Both the position numbers and the translations under genes were made by a program. A DNA stretch of 64,000 nucleotides from positions 512,001 to 576,000 of the forward strand of contig CBDCXV010000011.1 in the NCBI GenBank assembly GCA_965223905.1. The letters run 5' to 3'. Below the pieces are notes generated by a model. That model had not been told where the DNA came from, made no database searches, and saw only the letters and a program-made list of their open reading frames with translations. Below, one piece after another: positions 56,755 through 64,000 of the stretch; positions within the stretch are counted from its first letter, which is position 1; each line of letters opens with the position of its first letter. This DNA is from Candidatus Latescibacterota bacterium (GTDB lineage: Bacteria > Latescibacterota > UBA2968 > UBA8231).

Positions 56755-57578
56755 TTGCCCCCGGCTTGGGGGCCGCCAGCCTCGAACCTCGCGAGCTCGT
56801 CTCCGCTCATGTGGCGCACGTGCCTTTCCGCGGGAAAGCTCCCTTCCCGCACCCCCTCGACGAAGGCCCTGATGGCCCGCACCCCATCCGCCTTGCTGTC
56901 GGCGAGCCGGTCGACGTGGCGCAGCTCGAGGTCGGCGGCGCCGAGCAGGTCGGAAATGACGATCACCTGGCCGTCGGTGCAGCGGCCCGCGGCGATGCCG
57001 ATCGTCGGGATGGACAGGCGCCGGGTAACGGCCGCGGCCACTTCCTCCGGCACCGCCTCCAGCACGAGGAAATCGGCTCCCGCCCGCTCGAGCTCCAGAC
57101 TCCGGGAGACCAGCTCCGCGGCGCTCTCCGCGGTCTTCGCCTGCAGCGCCCGCTCCCTTTGGAACTGGGGGGTGAGGCCGAGGTGCCCCCACACATCGAG
57201 ACCCTCGGCGCTCAGGGCGCGGACCGCCTCCTGCTTGAACCCTTCGAGCTTGACCCCGTCCGCTCCCAGCGAGGCCAGGCGCCGGCCGTTCTCCACCGCC
57301 TGCTCCGGAATGTCGGCCGAGCCGAAGGGCAGGTCGGCCAGCAGGTAGGCTTCCCTGACCCCGCGGCGCACCGCCTTCAGGTGGTGGGCCATGTCCTCCA
57401 TGGTCACCTCGGTTTCGCTGGCGTACCCGAGAACGTTGGTGCCGACGCTGTCCCCGACGAAGACGACGTCGACCCCTGCTTCCTCCTCCCAAAGGGCGGT
57501 TGGGTAGTCGTAGCAGGTGAGAACGGAGATTTTCCGCCCCCCCCGCTTCATCTCCTGCAGCTGGGCCTTGCCGGCCAT
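56751..57578 (-). CDS. panB: 3-methyl-2-oxobutanoate hydroxymethyltransferase
   Basis: LTCYDY, VGDSVG, ADLPF, VKLEG, GHLGLTPQ, VLEAVP, IPTIGI. Confidence 0.92.
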   Translation of the reverse strand: MAGKAQLQEMKRGGRKISVLTCYDYPTALWEEEAGVDVVFVGDSVGTNVLGYASETEVTMEDMAHHLKAVRRGVREAYLLADLPFGSADIPEQAVENGRRLASLGADGVKLEGFKQEAVRALSAEGLDVWGHLGLTPQFQRERALQAKTAESAAELVSRSLELERAGADFLVLEAVPEEVAAAVTRRLSIPTIGIAAGRCTDGQVIVISDLLGAADLELRHVDRLADSKADGVRAIRAFVEGVREGSFPAERHVRHMSGDELARFEAGGPQAGGN

Positions 57579-58834
57579 CAGCCGAACCGCTCCGGCCGGG
57601 TCAGGGCCAGGTCGATCCCCGGCTCCTCGCCGCAGACGATTTCGCTGACGAGCTCGCCGGTGACCGGTGCCAGGGAGACCCCGATCATGGCGTGGCCCGC
57701 CGCCACCGTGAGGTTGGCGAGACTTTCCGGACGTCCGAGCAGGGGCAGACCGTCCGGGGTGCAGGGCCGCATGCCGCGCCAGATCTCGACCATCTCCAGC
57801 TTTGCAGGGTCCAGGCCCGGCATGTATTCGGGAACCGCCTTCAGGATGGCGGCCACCCTTACCGGATCGAGGTAGAGGGTGAGCCCGGACAGCTCGAGGG
57901 TGCCGGCGAAGCGCAGGAAATCCCCCATCGCCGACACCCCCACCCTGGCCTCGGCCAGGGAGATCGGGACCGACGGCGCCTGGGGCGGGCGTTTGAAGGT
58001 GATGCTGTACCCCTTTCCCCCCTGGATCGGCAGGGACAGGGAGAGGTCGCGCGCCACCACGGGGGACCAGGAACCCGCGGCCAGCACGATCTCCCCGGGG
58101 CTGAAGTCGCCGCGCGTGGTCTTCACCAGGGAAACCCGGGAGCCGTTGCGCTCGAACCCGAGCACCTCGGTGCCGGTGCGGATGTCGGCCCCGAGAGCGG
58201 CTGCCTGCGCCGCCAGCCCGGTGACGAAACGGTGCGGCGACAGGTTCCAGTCCTGGGGAAAGTGGATGGCTCCGCCGATCTCCAGCTCGGTTTCCGGCAC
58301 CAGCTCCTGGGCTTCTTCCCGGGTCAGGACGTTGGCGACGACCCCGGCCTCGTTGAGTATCCGGACCTCCGCGTCGTCTTTGCTGAAGCCCTCCTTTCCC
58401 ACCTGCAGATAACCGTTGCGGACCAGGTCGAAGTCGAACCCCTCGATGCGGTCGAGCTCGTCGTAGAGCTGGAGGCTGGCGAAGCTCAGGTCGCGCAGCA
58501 GGGGCACGGAGCGGCGCACGTGGCGGTGGTTGGCGGAGCGGTAGAACCGCCACAGCCAGCGGATCAGCTGCGCGTCGATGCGGGGACGAATGTAGAAGGG
58601 GCTGTCCCGGCGCCGCATCCACTTCAGCCCCTGAGACACTACCCCGGGAGCGGCCAGGGGCACGCTGTGGCTGGGAACCAGCAGGCCGGCGTTGCCGTAG
58701 GAGCAGCCGGAGCAGATCTCCCCCTTCTCCACCAGGGTGACCGCGACCCCCCTGCGCGCCAGGTAGTAGGCGCTGGCCACCCCGATTGCTCCCCCTCCGA
58801 TCACCAGGACGTCGTTGCGGTCGCCGCTGCTCAT
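57578..58834 (-). CDS. D-amino acid dehydrogenase-like FAD oxidoreductase (DAO family)
   Basis: VIGGGAIG, SYGNAG, GKGYS, WRGMRPCTPDGLP, GHAMIGVSLAP. Confidence 0.9.
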   Translation of the reverse strand: MSSGDRNDVLVIGGGAIGVASAYYLARRGVAVTLVEKGEICSGCSYGNAGLLVPSHSVPLAAPGVVSQGLKWMRRRDSPFYIRPRIDAQLIRWLWRFYRSANHRHVRRSVPLLRDLSFASLQLYDELDRIEGFDFDLVRNGYLQVGKEGFSKDDAEVRILNEAGVVANVLTREEAQELVPETELEIGGAIHFPQDWNLSPHRFVTGLAAQAAALGADIRTGTEVLGFERNGSRVSLVKTTRGDFSPGEIVLAAGSWSPVVARDLSLSLPIQGGKGYSITFKRPPQAPSVPISLAEARVGVSAMGDFLRFAGTLELSGLTLYLDPVRVAAILKAVPEYMPGLDPAKLEMVEIWRGMRPCTPDGLPLLGRPESLANLTVAAGHAMIGVSLAPVTGELVSEIVCGEEPGIDLALTRPERFG

Positions 58835-58916
58835 CGTTGCCTCCTTGGTCTCCTGTCCCCCAACCTCGCCATTTCGGTCAGTAATTCATACCTGAAAAAA
58901 GCCGCGTATGCCCCAA

Positions 58917-60908
58917 TCAACTCCGGGGAACCACGGCCGTCCATCTCACCATCTCTTCCACCGGGGCCGGCCGGGGAGACAGGCGCAGGGAACGCGGCCT
59001 GCCCGTGGCCCGGTACGCCTGCCGGGCCCAGGCCGCGGGAAAACCGGGACCCGCCCCGTGGAGGAACAGGCGGCCTGGAGCCGTGAGGGCCACCGCGGTG
59101 CGCACGTCCCCGGCGCTGCGCACCCCGGGCACGAAACAGTGCCGCAGCCAGCTGCGGTCGTCGAAGGCGAAGGCGGCCAGCGACAGGCAAGTGTTGGCTA
59201 CCCAGGGCGCCAGGGCGCGCCCCAGGAGCGCGCCGATGCCGGTTCCTTTCAGCGCAAGCAGGTTGACGGACGTCCCTCCTGCGCGGTCCCGGGCGAATGC
59301 CAGCGCCGTCAGGATGTCCTGAATCTGATTGGCTGCCGGGGTCCGGTTGTACGTGAAATAATGGTGGATCTCCCCGGCTTCTGCCTCTACGGGGGAGGGG
59401 GCTTCACCGGTTCCGAACAGGTCGACCGCGAGCACCTGCTGCCCCCTGCCGAGGAGCGCGGCTACCAGCCGCGGCATGCGCTCCCCGCGCCAGCCCGCTG
59501 CCTTCCCCGCCGGGTGCAGCAGCAGGGTGACTGGGGCGCGGTCCTGCAGAGGCAGGCGCGACACCAGGATCGCCGGCACCGAATCCCCGGCCCCCGCGCG
59601 GCCGAGGGCGAAGCGCTGCAGGTAGCCGCCTTCAATTCTCGAACGGCCGCAGTCGCGGGCGGCGACCTCGTCCGGAAGGTGCGCGGCAAGGGCGTGTTTC
59701 AGGGCCGGGCCCATGGCCTCGCGGAACCTGTCCAGATCCTCCGGGGTGCGGACCTCGAACGAGCGCATCCGGCTTTCCGCCCGCGCAATCAGGGCAGGGA
59801 CGACAAGGTTGCGGCGCAGCGCCGACCGCGGCCGGGAACCGCGGGAGAATACCCGAAGGTCATCCTCCGCCTCGACCAGCAGCGGTGCTTCCGGACGGCT
59901 GCGGCGCCGCGACCCCAGCAGCCAGCGCTCGAAGAAGGCATACATCGCCTCGCGGCTTTCCCGGTGGTAGTTGTGGGGGGCATCGAAGCGCACGGCCCTA
60001 ACTTTCGCCGCGGCGCCGTAGAGTTCGTACACCGAACGAACGAACGGGTACTCGTGCTCGAGGGTGTGGGCGGTCCAGTCCCCGGTGGCGGCGATGAGCA
60101 GCTGGGGCCTTGGAGCCGCGGCCGCCGCGATCTCGACGTTGTCGATGTCGACGCGAAGGTGGCTCTGGTTCTCGCACAGGCAGCCCCCCTGCATGTGAGC
60201 GGATACCATGTTGACCGGAACCGAGGCGGTTACGCGGTCGTCCACCGCAGCCAGCAGGAAGGTCTGGGTGCCGCCCCCCGAAGCGCCGGTGCAGCCGATG
60301 CGGCCGGCGTCGACATCGGGCAGGCTCTGCAGGAAATCGATGGCCCGGATGCTGTTCCAGAGCTGGATGCCGAGGACCCCGATCCCCCACAGGTCCTCGC
60401 GGGAGCCGCCGAAAGCCCGGTGGGCGATCTGGCCGCTGTCGAGGTACCCGGCCATGTCCCAGGAGAAGCTGACGAATCCCCGCTTTGCCAGCTCGATGCA
60501 GCGGCCCGGGACCGAGCAGGCCTCCCCGTTCTCAAGGCGGCCCCCCGGCCAGTGTCCGTGCGGATGGGCGATCCCGGGGAAGCGGTTCCTCCCCGGCCGC
60601 AGCGGCCGGTAAAGATTGCCGCAGACCAGGTACCCCTGGAAGCTCTCGAAGAACACCTTCTCGACGGAGTATCCTTCCCTTTGAAGCGGCTCGAAGATGT
60701 GAGGGTTGAGCGGCGTCCTCTCCGGTAGCGGCAGCAGTCCGGCGCAGGCGAGGATGTGGTCGCGGATGTATGCGGCGCGTTCCTCCCACTCGGCGCGGCT
60801 GCGCACGGGGGTAAGGGTGCGGGGGGTGTCCTGGGAGATCGAGCGGGCCCGCAGGTCGGGCAGGAGGTTACCGCCGCAGGCGGTCAGGGAGGTGATCGGA
60901 GTTCCCAC
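58917..60908 (-). CDS. Acetylxylan esterase-like tandem alpha/beta hydrolase
   Basis: VEKVFFES, HPHGHW, RIGCTGASGGGTQT, MQGGCLCEN, HNY; start uncertain. Confidence 0.82.
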   Translation of the reverse strand: MGTPITSLTACGGNLLPDLRARSISQDTPRTLTPVRSRAEWEERAAYIRDHILACAGLLPLPERTPLNPHIFEPLQREGYSVEKVFFESFQGYLVCGNLYRPLRPGRNRFPGIAHPHGHWPGGRLENGEACSVPGRCIELAKRGFVSFSWDMAGYLDSGQIAHRAFGGSREDLWGIGVLGIQLWNSIRAIDFLQSLPDVDAGRIGCTGASGGGTQTFLLAAVDDRVTASVPVNMVSAHMQGGCLCENQSHLRVDIDNVEIAAAAAPRPQLLIAATGDWTAHTLEHEYPFVRSVYELYGAAAKVRAVRFDAPHNYHRESREAMYAFFERWLLGSRRRSRPEAPLLVEAEDDLRVFSRGSRPRSALRRNLVVPALIARAESRMRSFEVRTPEDLDRFREAMGPALKHALAAHLPDEVAARDCGRSRIEGGYLQRFALGRAGAGDSVPAILVSRLPLQDRAPVTLLLHPAGKAAGWRGERMPRLVAALLGRGQQVLAVDLFGTGEAPSPVEAEAGEIHHYFTYNRTPAANQIQDILTALAFARDRAGGTSVNLLALKGTGIGALLGRALAPWVANTCLSLAAFAFDDRSWLRHCFVPGVRSAGDVRTAVALTAPGRLFLHGAGPGFPAAWARQAYRATGRPRSLRLSPRPAPVEEMVRWTAVVPRS

Positions 60909-60977
60909 GCAAGATCCTATTGAGGCCGCCCCCCCTTTGAGGGAACCTCCCCGAGCAAGGGAAAAAGAGCACATGGG

Positions 60978-62195
60978 TCATGGAACCCGGAAAAAGCGCA
61001 TGCCCAAGCCTTCGCCGCGAAGCCCCGGGGAGACGTTGTGGCGATTCGCCGACCGCAAAAACCAGGCGGAATCGTCGAAGCGGCCGCCCCGGATGACGCG
61101 GGATGTGCCGGTTTCAGGCCCCTGAGGGTCCACCCGGGGCGAACTTCCATAATAGCCCCCGTCATACCAATCCTGCACCCACTCCCAGACGTTCCCGTGC
61201 ATATCGTGCAACCCCCAGGGATTCGCACCCTTCAGACCCACCGCATGAGCATACTCCTCACCTACCTCCAACGTATTGGCATGATACCACGCATAATCGA
61301 CAAGCTGACTCTCGTCATCCCCGAACGACCACCGCGACCTAGTACCCGCCCGACAGGCATACTCCCACTCCGCTTCACTCGGCAGACGATACTGTGCCTC
61401 ACCCGCGGCACTATTTAACATCTCTATTAACGTCTGCACGTCCTCCCAGGAAACATACACCGCGGGATGAAACGGGTCCTCAACCACGTTGTTTCTTCCA
61501 GTCCACGGCCGCGACCCCATCATCGCCTCCCACTGTCCCTGCGTCACCTCGTACTTGCCCAACCAGAAGCCCGTGCTGATTTCCACCTCATGCACCGGAC
61601 CTTCATGATTTGACCGACTTCCCTCCGAAGACGGAGAGCCCATGGAGAACGTCCCCCGTTCGATCCGGACAAACTCCATCGCCGCCCCACCGGGCAGAAA
61701 AAAAATCTCCGCATCGTCCGGCAGGTCGGCCCCTTGTTCTTCCAAAAGGCGCACTAATTCCCCATCACCCGCCATGGCGGCTATCCTCAAGGCCAGCCTT
61801 AAAGCCCAGGTGCGAGGAGTGTCCCCGGAGCCGATGATCTCGGGGAAGTACCTGTCTGAGAGGTCTGAAACGGAAAAACCAACCTCGATCCCCTCATCCT
61901 GCAGCTCGGTAACGACCTCCAACATCCTGACCTTCCACAACGCTTTCTCACCTTCCCACACACAAGAAACAAAGCAGGCCCCGTAGTCGTCCGATTCGCC
62001 GGTTGCAACCGCAAGAATGCAGCCGTCTTCACACCCTTCACGAACAGCGGCCACGTCCGCAGCGAAAAGCGCAGCCTGGGTATCGGGTTCCGCGACGGGG
62101 TCCGGCCCGGATTCCGGGACAGGCCCCGTACCCTTGTCCTCCTCCCCGCAGGCCAGCACCAGCATGAGCAGCGCAAGCACAACTCTACTGATCAT
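60978..62195 (-). CDS. Lipoprotein with C-terminal FGE-sulfatase (C-type lectin fold) domain
   Basis: LVLAC lipobox; FSMGS, KYEVTQGQW, RLPSEAEWEYACRAG, NPWGLHDMHGNVWEW, RVIRGG. Confidence 0.92.
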   Translation of the reverse strand: MISRVVLALLMLVLACGEEDKGTGPVPESGPDPVAEPDTQAALFAADVAAVREGCEDGCILAVATGESDDYGACFVSCVWEGEKALWKVRMLEVVTELQDEGIEVGFSVSDLSDRYFPEIIGSGDTPRTWALRLALRIAAMAGDGELVRLLEEQGADLPDDAEIFFLPGGAAMEFVRIERGTFSMGSPSSEGSRSNHEGPVHEVEISTGFWLGKYEVTQGQWEAMMGSRPWTGRNNVVEDPFHPAVYVSWEDVQTLIEMLNSAAGEAQYRLPSEAEWEYACRAGTRSRWSFGDDESQLVDYAWYHANTLEVGEEYAHAVGLKGANPWGLHDMHGNVWEWVQDWYDGGYYGSSPRVDPQGPETGTSRVIRGGRFDDSAWFLRSANRHNVSPGLRGEGLGMRFFRVP

Positions 62196-62454
62196 TCAAA
62201 CTGCCTTCCTTGGAAGATCGTGGCCCTCGACGGTGTGTCCCATCAAGAGACAGGGCCGGATCGCCAATCCAATAAGCGTCAGCACCACACCGGGCTGCAA
62301 CATCGATCCCGTCCCCTCGACAGGATCTGATCCGTCGGACACCCCCTTGCGGGTCGACCCCTTGGAGGCGCATCGACATGAGCCCCCGTGTACAGGAATA
62401 CAGGGCGCTTCTGGGGTTATCGTTTCGTAAACCCATCCAATGCCACCAATAGAA

Positions 62455-62737
62455 CTCCGCGGGTTCGTCGCTTCCCACTCCCGAGCGCGGCGTTGTGCAT
62501 GGGCAAGGTTCTCCCGCGTCCGCCGTCCCTGGTCAACTGCGAATCGGTCTTAACCATGACCGGTCGTCTTGCGCCACCACCGAACCGCCTCGCTGGGTGG
62601 CGGGCACCGCCGCGACTTTCGGAACACGTGAGACCGAGGTTGTTCTGGGTGGGAGCGTGCCCCTGCCCGGCGGTTTGTCGCCACTCCCTGACCGCTTCGG
62701 CGTCATCCTGCGGCACACCGCGGCCCCTGATTAACAT
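62455..62737 (-). pseudogene. Degenerate Sel1-repeat gene relic
   Basis: GRGVPQDDAEAVREW..QGHAPTQNNLG and, in another frame, AQRRAREWEA. Confidence 0.7.
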
Positions 62738-62758
62738 GAGCCCTTAATGGCTTGTTGA

Positions 62759-63583
62759 CTACATCCCTTCCACGTTGTGACGGGCAAGCTCGGTGCAGTA
62801 CCTGCCGATCCCATCGAGATCAGGGAACAGACTGAAACCGTTTATGTTCATCAACCGCAATTGATGCATAAACTCCCTTTTGAGGTCAGAACTTATCCCG
62901 TCGGGGATCACGAGCTTGGTGAGAACCCCAGGGTGGTTTCGTAACCCATCTGCGTGGTCTATATGGGGAAGATTGCTGTAGGAAAACAACCCTTGTTGTC
63001 TTTCCATGCGGTCCGTGAGGAGGTTCGTATCCGCGAAGGCAACCAAGTGCGGTAGATCTTCGCCGTACAACATCCCCTCCATTGTATTCCGGTCTTCAAT
63101 GCTTGCTTTTGATCCCAGATAATTGACGAATTCCCGGTACTCGGGTGTATTACACATGTAGCGGTGAAATTTGGTTCGATTCAAACACCACACAGCGCCT
63201 GATTTACATCCGGATTCACAGGCAAAGTAAGCGGCTACAAAGGGAGATTTTGTCCAGTCCAGTATTCGCGTGGGGGCCCCGTGGTGGCGCATTTGTGCCC
63301 ACCACTGGAGGATGTTGTAATGCCGAATGAGTTCTCCAAAGATATTCGGGCTAAGTAACGTGGTGGATCTCCCCTTAAAAACAGCATGCATCCTAATCTC
63401 GTTTTCCATTGCATTGGAAAAGCAGTCCCATATTCTTGCGAGACTGGGCTGCAGGCTCCATGAGGAGTCCTTCTGTCCTCTGTACACGAACTCCTCGGGA
63501 AGGGAATCCAGTTGAGAGACTTTAGACAGAAACCCTTCCCACCTTTCGATTTCGACCTCCTCCACATTGACCTCTTGATCCAT
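62759..63583 (-). CDS. FRG domain protein
   Basis: VYRGQ, LQPSLAR, HHGAPTRILDWTKSPFVAAYFA, RMERQQGLF, SLFPDLDG; visibly lower GC. Confidence 0.9.
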   Translation of the reverse strand: MDQEVNVEEVEIERWEGFLSKVSQLDSLPEEFVYRGQKDSSWSLQPSLARIWDCFSNAMENEIRMHAVFKGRSTTLLSPNIFGELIRHYNILQWWAQMRHHGAPTRILDWTKSPFVAAYFACESGCKSGAVWCLNRTKFHRYMCNTPEYREFVNYLGSKASIEDRNTMEGMLYGEDLPHLVAFADTNLLTDRMERQQGLFSYSNLPHIDHADGLRNHPGVLTKLVIPDGISSDLKREFMHQLRLMNINGFSLFPDLDGIGRYCTELARHNVEGM

Positions 63584-63679
63584 CTGATCTCTCCTGAAGT
63601 CTGGAATAACATTCTTGAGAAGGTTAAACGAATTTCCACCAGTGATGGGAGTACATGTTGGGGCGCGGCACTTTGGATG

Positions 63680-64000
63680 CTACTGCGACATCGGGTGGTC
63701 CGTTTCCCATTCACGCGCGCGGCGGTGTGCCTCGACGAGCGCCTCCGTGGTAATCTTTTCCGCGACTGCGTCACGGGCCTTTTTCGACCGCTCGCGATCC
63801 TCTCCAGTTGCACGGGCAGTAGCCAAGTTGAACCACATGTGTGAAGTGACGTAATCCTGCGGCACACCTCGACTCTGGTCGTACATGACTCCAAGGTTGA
63901 ATTGGCCTTCGGCGTGACCCTGATCGGCTGCTTGTTGGAACCACCGAACCGCTTCCGCATAATCCTTTTGCACCCCCTGACCATTGGCATACCTGATTCC
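63680..64000 (-). CDS. Sel1-repeat protein, 3' part (5' end outside window)
   Basis: YANGQGVQKDYAEAVRWFQQAADQGHAEGQFNLGVMY..VPQDY..HMWFNLA. Confidence 0.9.
   Translation of the reverse strand, partial: GIRYANGQGVQKDYAEAVRWFQQAADQGHAEGQFNLGVMYDQSRGVPQDYVTSHMWFNLATARATGEDRERSKKARDAVAEKITTEALVEAHRRAREWETDHPMSQ

Noticed and set aside
62185-62478. VDPQG-containing segment as a template repeat for the FGE gene
   Set aside because: Match limited to about five codons; no AAC-rich collinear copy of the variable region

Overview
GC-rich bacterial window with no rRNA, tRNA or CRISPR array seen. FlgD/T9SS-like C-terminal domains, C-terminal WGRIK tails, a DUF6785-like transporter and CRTAC1, Sel1 and FGE-domain proteins suggest a Latescibacterota/FCB-group organism, possibly host-associated (inference). 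Layout: (1) 1-11.5 kb: TonB-dependent receptor end, a collapsed receptor relic, a BCCT transporter and sugar-acid/D-amino-acid catabolic genes. (2) 11.6-15.2 kb: gene relics, an intact IS91/ISCR-type HUH transposase, an IS1595 fragment and a phzF-like relic. (3) 15.2-36.3 kb, the main candidate novel system: a co-oriented cell-envelope cluster of CBM9-like secreted proteins ending TAVESTTWGRIKA, three large secreted proteins with a type-B-T9SS-like CTD ending VY, a predicted Ca-binding beta-barrel, a DUF6785-like membrane protein, two CRTAC1 proteins and a PPIase. (4) 36.5-44.5 kb: gene relics, a secreted glycoside-hydrolase-like protein with an internal CTD, a second (1186 bp, apparently identical) transposase segment fused to a duplicated aminoacylase/Ldh locus, an IS200/IS605-like MITE and a third WGRIK protein. 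(5) 44.6-60.9 kb: a sugar uptake/catabolism operon, RNase II-family gene, panB, D-amino acid dehydrogenase and an esterase. (6) 61-64 kb: FGE lipoprotein, Sel1 genes and an FRG gene. All family calls come from motif recognition by eye; no searches were run.
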